Shown piece by piece: positions 13,501-23,600 of a stretch of DNA of 33,332 bases. This stretch comes from Choristocarpus tenellus KU-1152. Its lineage: Eukaryota; Protista; Phaeophyceae. The position numbers were made by a program, and so were the translations under genes. The stretch lies in NCBI GenBank assembly GCA_964200185.2, contig CAXNAD020000064.1, positions 1 through 33,332 on the forward strand, read 5' to 3'. The stretch's first letter is position 1, and each line of letters starts with the position of its first letter. Under the pieces are notes generated by a model. That model made no database searches and was not told the DNA's origin. It saw only the letters and a program-made list of their open reading frames with translations.

Positions 13501-14002
13501 ACAAAATCCATGTTGCCTGTAAGAGCTCCGATTCTGAATAATAGCATCTGTGGTTTGTCCCTATGTCATGTTGGACAGGTCATAACCTTGATCCTGGGAA
13601 GTCAAGACATTGTTTGTCCTTTACTTCATTTGACAAACTATATGATTTGCTTCATCCTTTATTGTGATTGAGAATATGTGCTTAGTATCAATAATTCCAT
13701 CGACACTCCTCCTTACCTGCAGCTAAGTATTACAATAACAAGCATGCTTTGTTGCCCTCTTTCCTCAACAGGTCCTTGTGGATGAACTTCGACGGCCAGA
13801 ACTTGAGGATGCAGGGTCAGATCCTTTCCGAAGTTTGGCAACCATTTTGACTGAGCATGCAGGAGGAAAAAAGTCTGCAACAAACCGCCTTGCTGTCTTT
13901 AATAACCAACAATCCGTACCACACAGGGCTCCACCTGTAATGCAAAGTGTTGATGCATTGTTCACTACTGCTGCTTCAGATGGTGACAAGACTTTGAAGT
14001 GA
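718..14002 (+). CDS. Multi-exon gene: FHA + 3x C2 + IQ-motif/coiled-coil (IQCB1/NPHP5-like C-terminus) protein, ~2,490 aa
   Basis: Phase-consistent exons: 718-828, 1152-1211, 1441-1595, 1691-1785, 2142-6580, 6821(or 6815)-7768 (GC donor), 8857-9101, 9346-9547, 10002-10343, 10873-11169, 12143-12271, 12409-12639, 13772-14002 (TGA). All acceptors are AG and the joined frame is open. Some exact boundaries have alternatives. Confidence 0.8.
2142..6580 (+). CDS. 4,439-nt exon with three C2 domains (~2150-2610, ~4760-5175, ~5780-6208) separated by acidic low-complexity linkers
   Basis: Inside ORF 1850-6601. Three repeats of V-x-V...L...(D/N)PYV...TSTVxxGGxxCxW...GE...V(E/D)V(W/F)NxE...(I/V)G...W(I/V/M)E(L/M)...RGR(V/I)xL. 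The acceptor ttag|2142 is phase 1, matching the exon 4 donor; donor gtaagt at 6581. Confidence 0.85.
7571..12639 (+). CDS. IQ-motif (calmodulin-binding) and coiled-coil region, exons 6-12
   Basis: IQ-like motifs IQGAWRGHTARR (7571), VQKVYRGYHGRK (7640), IQHFWRQ (8938) and IQACARGVLGRRR (12556), plus an Arg/Glu-rich helix (RAREEEERRRVRRRR). Confidence 0.8.
8531..8774 (+). mobile_element. Long (~250 bp) MITE, copy A (diverged), intron 6 of gene 1
   Basis: GAGTGAAAGTATTTTAGGGT...TACCCTCTAAGATACCATGACTC. Internal sequence is homologous to 12899-13162 and 16214-16471. Confidence 0.8.
11241..11421 (-). mobile_element. Short (~180 bp) MITE, copy 2, intron 10 of gene 1
   Basis: Reverse-complement homologue of 61-242. 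Ends GGCTCGAAGTATC...AGATACTTTGGATC, flanked by GCAG/GTAG (4-bp TSD with one mismatch). Confidence 0.8.
11527..11556 (+). repeat. Interstitial telomere-like (TTAGGG)5
   Basis: Five perfect TTAGGG units in an intron. Confidence 0.9.
12899..13162 (+). mobile_element. Long MITE, copy B, intron 12 of gene 1
   Basis: GATTGAAAGTATCTTAGAGGGT...ACCCTTTAAGATAATTTGACTC. Very similar to the reverse complement of 16504-16759. No 4-bp TSD visible. Confidence 0.85.
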
Positions 14003-14271
14003 AATTGACAGAGGAGAGAGGTCGCTTGCCTTTTCCAACGGCGTCTCTTGTTGGCTGGAGGAGTGGCCTGGAGGGGACTGTACTTGGTCTTGACTCATTA
14101 ATGACATGCACAGAGCTCTATGTCATACACAGCAGTAGGGTTAACTCGACTGTGGATTGACATGGAGTCTCCCTTGGATGGCGTTTTTTCCCCTGGCTTG
14201 TCACAACATCAAGGTTGCTCCATTTTCCCACAACAGCAGCGCCATCAGTGTTGATACTATTGAAGGCAATT

Positions 14272-17200
14272 TTAGATGGCATAACTCGTGATTCCAACTG
14301 AGATGGACTTAGGAGAGTTGCTTTGAGGTTTGGGGAGCCCATTCATGTAATCACCTTATGAAACGCCAAGATGCAGTTCACATTATTGCCAAGGGATACA
14401 GAGTGGTCAGCAAGCAAGTTTTGTAACAAGGGATGGGAAATATCGATACGTTGTGCTTGATAGTATATACGTTTTCTTAGATACTCTTAACTCTTGAGTT
14501 CAGCCAGATCCATACGTTTATTCTACTATGTACTGGGAACAACAATGTTCTCCTTACTAATACTGAGTTTAGACTATCATTTTATAAAACTTTCATGTTC
14601 TTAGTACAAACACTTCAGTATTCGTACCACAAAGAATATTCCAAGGTTGTTCCTCAACCCCTCCCGCATATACTACACTCAAGATTGGGGGGAAGACTTC
14701 TGATTTCAGTCCCGTTGCAATAGGCATGTCCCTCTGTTGGTAGAGTCTGTTGTTCAGAGTCTTATTATTTGGCGAGGAACGAACTCTGGTCAGAAGAAGG
14801 GGCTTAGACATGTGGATATTATTAAGGCGACTCTGAAATGAGCACTACAAGCTGTGATGATGAAGATTCTTAGCCTTGTCAGATATTCGTCGAATTCATA
14901 GCCATGCCAATATTGAGGGTGTTGGAGGGGAATCGGATGGGAAATGCACAATTTTGGCATATTTTGTGTATATTATAGGTTCTTACTTTTGTTGTTCTTG
15001 CAATGTCCGTTACTGCTCTAGATGACAAGTATATGGACCCTGATGTTGCTAATTGCATGCCTGTGTGCTCTTGATGGTGCTGTTGATGGTGTTCTCGATT
15101 GGATAGCACAGTATCTATTTGCTTTTGGATGATAAGTAATACTATATTTTGGAGTCAGGTGTCAAAACTTCAAGCACCAGGCATACATATCTGAGTGATA
15201 TTACTAATAGGACCCCTTTAGGCAAAAGTCTGTACTGGCTGCAATAATTCACCCTCCATTTGCTGTTCAATAGATCTCAAGTCGTGTGCAGCAAGTAGTT
15301 AATGTCAACACAAGCTATCTCAGGCTTGGTTGTAAAGTCAGAAAAGTTGTTGTTGACATGTTTCCTATTGGACCAAACCGATTCAGTGAGGGTTTGCTTG
15401 GAGTCTCCAATGCGGTGAAGAAGCCTCAAAGGTAGTTGATGTTTGAGTGGGTCAAATTCCTTCAAAGGGGAACGTTACCCTGCGGGGTCCATCACCTGCC
15501 ATGGGATTACAGCAGCATTGCTTCACACTTTCGGCAACCTAATACTTGTATAACGAAGGTAACATTCTAGTCTTGTAGGCAATGAAGCAATACCCAGACA
15601 ATGTACCTTACAGAGCAAATAGGCTCACATGTTGTTCTGACAGTGGATGTTCCCTGGCAAACTGTATCAACCATTGTGATGGGTGATACACAGAAAATAG
15701 TCCTGAGTCTTTGATGATGGTTGTGATGACGAGAGAATTGCCCCAGGTGTTATCCTGGATGACACATGTACTCCAAATGGTTCCAAATATCGCCCTGGTC
15801 AGAGAGAAATTGGCCCCAAGCTCTACCTTTTCCAGTTAATGTAGATGCCCCCAGGAACTAGGGTATATTGCCTAGATAATACGAGGATTTGCACCAAACA
15901 AGTTCATTGATGGACAAGTGACACACTCAAGCTCCGTTTGTATACACTTCTATTCAATATAACACACCTGAAGTTATGGTATTCTTTTTGGCAATACTAC
16001 ATGCTGGATGGCTCCTCATCCCTGCTGGCACATCGGGTGCAACACACACTCTGATACAATTAACCTTTCCCAGGACTGGTACATATTCCTTTTCATTCCT
16101 GTCTCTCTCTTGATGCTTGCTTTGTTCTGCAATGCTGGATATTTACCTTTAACTACTCTGATAGATGACAAGGTGTAGATGTCATTCTCACAGACCACTA
16201 TTTGGATACTTTAGAGTGAAAGTATCTTAGAGGGTACGAGTTTTACCCTGTTTGTCCATTTGGGGCTTGGCTTCCCATGTTTTTTTAATCACATTTTCCT
16301 ACTCCAAAATGTTTAGGAGGAGGTAAAATGTATACGTTATGAAAAGGTGTGTCCAAAACATAGATGTTGACACTTCGTATCAAACAAAATAACCAAAATT
16401 ACATCAAAATCGTAAAATTGGATTTTGACCCCCAAATGGACGTGGCGCTACCCTCTAAGATACTTTGAATCTTTATGCCCACTGCCAATTTGCAGATCTT
16501 GATGAGTCAAATTATCTTAAAGGGTAGACCTGCGTCCGTTTGGGGGCCAAAATCCAATGTTGCGATTTGACGTAATTTTGGCTATCGTGTTGGTTAGGAA
16601 GTGTCAACATCCTTGTTCCGGACAACTTTTCATAATGTATATGTTTTACCTACTGTGAAACATTTCAGAGTAGGAATGTGTTATATAAAACCTGTGGGAA
16701 ACCAAGCTCCAAAAGGACAAACAGAGCAAAAACTCGTACCCTCTAAGATACTTTCAATCTGATGTGAGGGGGAATTGAACCAATATACAAGGGAGCACAA
16801 CATACATAACAGAAGGAAGTCTCTATTCCTTGCAATTCAAGTTCTTTATATACAGTTGTAGTAGTAATTGCATTATCTTGAAAAAAGAAATATTCTTGTA
16901 TTGTATCTTGAAACACGAAGCATATGTCAAACGTATGATGATACGCATATCTGGTACTCCTAGACTGGTACAATGAACATGGGCCTAGAAACAACGAAGG
17001 GAAGAGTCCCATGAGACAGTCAGGCCCCACCTCGCCCACTCACATGATGCCTTGAGCTTTAGAATATATTCTCTGCCGAAATGGGGCTATTTGTGCCATT
17101 GTGGACTCGACCTGTGGCAAATGCGCTGTTACTGCTCCATTCCTGGTGAACCCCCCTCCCCATCCTGTCCCCCTCCTATTTTATATACCCATCATATTAG

Positions 17201-18286
17201 TGCTCGCTCAACCAGAAATTGATCTGCCTGTGTGCCGATGCCTAAGGCTTTCCACTGCAAAGGTGTCGAGGTCAGAATCATGAGGGCCAATAGATCTCAT
17301 GTTGCCATTGCACTTGCAGGCCTCATCTACACCAGTAGGGATGGGGTTGTTTAATGAAAAAGTGTCAATACTACGAGGTTAATATGCAGTGCCTGGATAT
17401 GCTGTGTGCATAAGCATGCAAGACAATGTTATACTCTGGAGTATGTCATATAATAATATGACACAGGAAGTAACACGGACTTTGTTGTGTTGTCCATTGT
17501 TTTCTTGTTTTTTTCTTCTTTCCTTCATCTCGACACCACTTTCAAAATACCAGTGGACATGCCATCATACATAATACGATATCCCATTCGTGGAACTTGG
17601 CCCGATTTTTCTTTATGTCTAGGGATCGGGCCTTGGTACTAGTCTTGGAGTTCTTTCAAAGGGATTGGTAGGTACACCAGGAGACCAGATGGCCGAACCT
17701 TCTTTGCTGTGTTCATATCCCCCAATAACCAACCCCCTTTGCATTTTTTTAATTTCTTCTCCCACATTTCTTCCATCTCTAGTTTTCTCCACGTTACAGA
17801 ACCTCTGACCGTGCGTTTAAGAAGATCAAATTATAGTATTGCGTCACACAACAGGAAATGTACTATATATGTGTCATTGCGTCCAGTAAATTATTGATAG
17901 TCGAAATACCTCTAATTTTGGTTTGTTTATCGGCAGGCCTTCACTGTAAGCAATGCAGGCTCTGTTGTTGACATGTGCGTTGTATTCTTTGACACGGAAG
18001 TTGTTTCTTTATGCTCTCTCCATGACATCCTTTAGAATGCATGATGATGCAACGATGCTTGAAGATATGACCGATAGACGTTGTCATGAGATAAGAAACA
18101 ATGCGAAATGATACAAATAACAAATAACAAAAAGCGACGTGAATAATGATACAATACTCAAGAGTCAAGTTCGAAAGACTAAAAAGGTATCAGTACCAGC
18201 ATCAACAGCCCCAGCAAGAAATTGTTCACTGACATGCTCACATAGAATCCACATACAACCACACATCACGAAAAGAAGGCCAAGTC
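14272..18286 (-). CDS. Multi-exon gene of unknown function (partial model; 5' end probably extends toward ~20,400)
   Basis: Six consecutive phase-compatible exons (18286-18242, 17943-17910, 17804-17734, 17618-17540, 17254-17213, 17111-17044) give TWPSFRDVWLYVDSIEGLPINKPKLERFCNVEKTRDGRNVGEEIKKMQRGHKEKSGQVPRMGYRIMYDGMSTGILKWKALGIGTQADQFLVESTMAQIAPFRQRIYSKAQGI. The last three exons (15039-14987, 14733-14628, 14354-14272) give GSIYLSSRAVTDIARTTKRDMPIATGLKSEVFPPILSVVYAGGVEEQPWNILCGDYMNGLPKPQSNSPKSISVGITSYAI*. Exons at 15.2-16.2 kb and above 18.3 kb are ambiguous. Confidence 0.6.
16214..16471 (+). mobile_element. Long MITE, copy C
   Basis: Near-perfect 23-bp TIR GAGTGAAAGTATCTTAGAGGGTA / TACCCTCTAAGATACTTTGAATC, flanked by a TTTA/TTTA TSD. 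Confidence 0.9.
16504..16759 (-). mobile_element. Long MITE, copy D (inverted, 32 bp from copy C)
   Basis: GAGTCAAATTATCTTAAAGGGTA...TACCCTCTAAGATACTTTCAATC, flanked by a TGAT/TGAT TSD. Confidence 0.9.
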
Positions 18287-20399
18287 CTATAACCCACAAA
18301 CACATGCAAAGGATTCTAGGTCAGGCCTCAATCTCAATCCAAACCTCATCGGGCAGTGTCATGGGTGATTTGGTATGACTGTAACCACTTTCGTGTGGTG
18401 AGCTGCAACTGGTTCGGTCTCCCTGTAGCATGCCTCACGTGCATGAAGTGTTTGGTTGCCACTTCTGGATGGCAATATGGTATTATAGTGCACATAAGAC
18501 AGGTCTTTCCTATAATATTACAGGGTGAGTGGTACTTCTGTGTCGAAAGGTTGCACTAACAAAAAAATCAGCAAGTAGAGGTTTAACTGCAATTTTTGCT
18601 ATTTTTTCCTACCAGTATTACATATTTCGAGTGGAAAGAGACGGTAGATCATAGGTTCACGTCACCGATAGAATATGGTCGGTTCCCCAAGAATGTAATG
18701 AATGGTTGAAGAACTTCCCGATGATAAACCAAAGAAGGCAGATAAAGGGAGACCCAGAGAAAAATTGGTGATGTTTCAAAGACGATCTTAGAAGTTTTAA
18801 TATCATTGATGCAGGTGATCAGTTCACTTGCACAAGACTCCTACAGGTCGAGCAGATGTACGTGTGGAGGTTGGAGCTAAAGGCTTAATGGAATCCTGGC
18901 ATACTGCCGGGTGAGGTCAAAACAGCCACAGTTCATCACGTGAAAGTGTCGTGGCCACCAACCTCGCGTGATAGCATCAGCTGATCTTCCAAATTCAAAA
19001 CAAATCCTTTTCTCTGTGGACTTAAAAAGATCTTCCAAATTGTTTTTCTTTTGAACTTCACTTCAAATTGATGTTGTGATGGTCAACGTGAATTCAGTGA
19101 ATGTAATGTAATGGCAGTGGTCGACCATGACTTGTGAAGAACACTGAAGGTTGGTAAGAGGTGAGTGAGCTATGGTTGAAATGGATGGTGAAAGTCTGGT
19201 GAGTGCAAGGTGATGACGCAAGATAAATGAGATGCAATTGAAATGCATAATGTTCATTCCCCAAATGGAACGTAATGGAAGTGAAGGACCGTGGCATGGT
19301 GGACATGTTTTGAATGTGGAAGGAATATTGAAGTGTTGTGGAGATAGTCAATATGGGTGGAATTGCATGGTGTGATATGTATGGGGACCGCAGTAGAAGA
19401 CTGAATGGTACGATATGAAATACTACGGAAACGACCAACGTGATTTCAGTGGATGCAATGTGGAGACAGCGGTCGACCATGGTTTTTGAAGAGCACAGCA
19501 CATTGTAGAGGGTGTGAACTGTTGGTATTGGTGAGGTAAGATGCGCGAGGAGATGATTTCTTTCTGTTTCTGCGTTCATTTAGTTCAGATGCTCTTGTCC
19601 TTATGGCTGATATCACCTCCATTCATGAAGGCATGTTGGGTTTAGAAGGTGTCTGTGGTAGTGGGAAGTACAAACTAGCAGTGTGCTACAGTCGAATTGC
19701 CCCACAGAGATCAACATTACGATCTGTGACATCTCTCCTACTGTAGTAGAAAGGCGTAGAGTTGGATCAGGATGCATACCAAAAAGGAGGATTTACGGCC
19801 AAGGTGAGGCCATGCCGACTTTTATCTAGGACAGAATATTGGTGGCGATTGGAGCGGGGAATCCACAAAACTATCGTGATATGTAGCACCCCTGCGGCTG
19901 CATCAACCACTCTTGTGTTTAGGCAACTTCCTAGAGGTGACGAGTTCACTTTGAACATGAGAGAGGAAGTGATATAGTTTCGAGGGCATGCTTTCTGAGA
20001 GTTCGGGCAAAATAAACCCTAACGTTCTAGCCTTAAAAATATTCTGATTCGCTCAGTCCAACATTCCCTCTGGAATGGACCTGCTCCGCAAGGTGTCGGA
20101 AGTCCAGAAGACCAGTCTACAATCTCAATGCTCTGACTCCTTGATCATCTTCTCAACTTCATCTCTGACTCGCTCTACCTCCATGCTTATTCTACTGAGC
20201 ATGAGAAACGTTGCCTGCACAATGGTGCACTTATAGATTCACGGTGACTTTTGCTTCTAGTCTCTATCATGTCCAAACCTTGCTTAGTTGGACACACCAG
20301 TGCTGTCTTCGATCATCTCTACCCCTTCTCCAAACAACTTCGTTGAGGTATGTATTATTTGATGGTCAACGTGGACAAGGTAACTTATACCTCTATATC

Positions 20400-20666
20400 T
20401 CCACGTTTAGGGGACAGTGCGAGGTTACCACCTTCTACTCTCAGGGTTTAGGGGCAAGGACTGTTTAATGAATCAATCGATAAATCAATCAATTACCTAA
20501 AACGTACCAAAAATCCCGTAATAAAATCCTGTCGCTTTGTCCCGTCCAACATTCTTGTAAAGTTGAAAGTTGGTGGAAGGTTACGGTCGGTCAAAATGAC
20601 CTAAATCACATAGGAGTCAGTGTGAAGGAGCGTAACGGAGAGGGAGGAAGAGGTGGATCCGGTGTC
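20400..20666. promoter_or_regulatory. Putative divergent promoter / 5' region between the minus-strand gene and NPC1-like gene
   Basis: Head-to-head gene orientation and locally high CpG density. No TSS evidence is available from sequence alone. Confidence 0.35.
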
Positions 20667-23600
20667 ATGAAGGATAGGGACTTCTTCTGGTGAATATTCC
20701 CTGTAGTTCAAATCATAATCTGGCATTGCATTGTCATCTTGCGGTCAAATATTCCAAGTTGATTTTGAAACACTGATGATCTCTTTCGATCCATAGATGG
20801 TAACTGGAGGGCAAAAACATGTTTATTCTCTAGTAGTAAAGCTTCGGACTTGTGAATAAGTTGTATGAGCAGTGGCGCTGCCTCTGTTACTTTCTTTCTA
20901 CTCGGAGTTCTTCCACGTAATCAGATGCAATAAACCACCTTCCACTTTTTCAGGCGATTCAGCGTTGCAGTTTGCAGACGTCCCCGATTGGTCATTGCGT
21001 CCTGTGTGGCAACGACATGCTTGTGCTCGCTGGGACTGCTCTGGGTCAATATCATCACTAATCCAGAATTGATATGGGTAGGCTTCCCCTTCCTCCATTT
21101 GCATTGACGCACAGGACTTTTCGGTAATGGCGAAAATCGGTCGTGTGTTTCCACAAGTCGGGATGCTGGCTCTGTGATGGCCCGTAATACCTACCACCGC
21201 AGTTTCCCATTGGCACAGCCGCGAACCTCACAAATCACCCTTTCGAATGTCATGATACTGTCCATTAATGGCGTTCGACGATAATCTGCTTCTCCGTTAA
21301 ATCTTTATGGACTTTCCCAGGTCCCACCCAATAGCCTGGCCAGCCGACAGAAGGATTTCTTCGACTCTGCATTTTCTCCCTTTTTCCGTGTGAACCAGGC
21401 AAGCTTTAAATAAATATCTTTCCTCGTTGCAGCCAATTGATTGCTTAAGCAGATCTACCTCTTGAACACCACAGTAAGAGGATCTCAACTCAAATCCCAC
21501 CCCCAACCTCTGAAGTCGGTGTGTCGATGCTTGGAAGTGAATGGGCATGAACTTTAGCCATAAGTAACATATTGTTTCGCGTGTTATGCATTGCGTATCA
21601 TCCTTAAAAAGGTTTTCTTTGTTGCTAAGGGGTCCCCACCTTATGGAGCCGAGAGGACAGATATGATCACGGCGCATCACCTGCAACGTGTGATGAGCGT
21701 GCAGCGGACCATAGAATCGATCAACATCACAAGCAACATCAATGGTCAGGTATGCGCTGGAGAATATGTAAGGACACTGATGGGATCTTCTGTCCAGTCG
21801 AGATGTACCCCACATGTAACGCCCCTCATTTCCCCTTCGCTTGATTCCCATTACAAAATACGCACACAGATGAATCTATATCGATCGATCGATCGATCGA
21901 TCGATCCATAATTGATTGTTAGTTTTGGAGTGCGTGGAAATCCTCTGATGTAAAATATGAGCAGTTGATGCATTTTCCGAGTCTGCTTGGTTGATGGGCT
22001 AGAATCTTCCATGAAGAAATGCTCCAACTGTTTGGATGGAGAAAATTTGAGGAAAAATACCTGCAATCTTCCATCAGAAATACACAAATGAGTGGATCTT
22101 GTCCCTGCCCTGGTGTGGTTTTCCCATTACCATGCTTTTGAGTAGTGCAGTGCACCTATCTAATTATGTACCTCTCCTTCCTCAACACTGCCAATCACCT
22201 CAGACCATTGGACTGGATTCCCTTTGTTTCCGGCCTATTGATGGGGAGGGCTGTTTGGTTGAGTCACCCTCTCAGTTCTGGCTCAATGACCCTGTCCTGC
22301 TTGCTAGTGACCCCAGTACAAGCTTAACAGCAGCTTGTCACACAGTAGATCCGTTCTTGAGTGGGAGAAGCCCCTGCATGGACCAGGTACTGTCTCCAGT
22401 CTATCTATTAATGGTTTGCTATAATGGTGTGGTATAATGGTTTGCTATAATGGTTTGCTATACTTGTGTGGTATAATGGTGTGCTATTATGATGTGGTAT
22501 AATGGTGTGGGATTACGGTGGGCAGGTTTTCTTGTTCTTTCGTAGAAGTAGTAAGCGCTAGAGATAGCATTGTTGCTCTAACATTTTCCCTGAGTTAGAT
22601 GCAATCCGTGCTTAAGAACAGGCTTAAGAATAGCATCAACAATACACCTATCACAGTTCTCACAATTATCACAATTATCACAATGATGTTAATGGTAGTG
22701 TTGGAACAACAGCATGTAGACACCTCTCCTCCCTTTGATCATCTTTTATTTTCTTCTTTTAACCCAACTACTGGGAAGTTGATTGTTCCTCTCCCTCTAA
22801 ATCTTTTTCCTCACAATTTCTTTGTGGCAATTTTTTTTTTTTAGATTGGCACTCCTGTTATGACGAACGTCGTATTTGGAGACATTGGAACCAATCCAGA
22901 CATCCCTAACCCTGATCCATGTGGAGGAACAGTCCCTTCGGCGGGGGCGCTTGTTCTGACCTTCCTGCTTCACAACTACAATGACCACCTCTTCCAGGGA
23001 CAGGCAGAACAGTGGGAGAAAGAGGCAAGTACTGTACTTGCCTCTGCCCAGACGTGGTCATGTTCCTCTTGGAGTGCCATTGAGGGCTATTGTTTGGGGA
23101 TTATGTGTTGTGGATTATGTGTTGTGGTTTATGTTGTACGGAGGAGAAGGGTAGCTGGGTGAGAGGTGGTGGATGGTGCTTGTGACATATATACGTATAT
23201 TATGACATATATATATATACATACATAATGACATATTTACATATGTATATATAATATAATACAATATTAGTGACAAACTGACACCTGCGATATCCCATGG
23301 TAAAGAATTGTGTCTTTTAATTGGTGTTATGTCTACAGTACAGTCATTCCTATGGTATGCTCTTCGGAGTTGGTTCAACAGGGGGAGTTGAAGGTATAAA
23401 GTGTTAAATTTGGGATTGAGAGTATTTTTTTCTTCTTTGGCAGAGTGACTATTAAAAGTGACTATTAAAAGTGACTATTAAAAGTGACTATTAAAATTTG
23501 GTGTGAACATGAAAAAGTATTACTAAATGGGGTTCTCTTTTGCTGGTAGCTATAACTTTGGAATGGGTAGCTAGCCCTATGGAGTACCAAGGTCTAGTCT

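Noticed and set aside
15797-15828. Apparent 29-32 nt mini-introns on the minus strand (also near 18316-18344)
   Set aside because: Alternative exon readings avoid them and other introns here are about 95 nt or longer. They cannot be supported without RNA data.
14000-20500. Initial idea of a degraded transposon or viral insertion, and a GT90-like IIWRGTNSG peptide on the + strand at ~14765
   Set aside because: No transposase, RT or viral motifs were seen. The region is better explained by a spliced minus-strand gene, and the peptide match is short and bounded by a stop.
20898-21851. Minus-strand ORFs of 99 and 184 aa in the same frame (possible pseudogene)
   Set aside because: They lie antisense to well-supported NPC1 exons 2-4 and show no recognisable motif.
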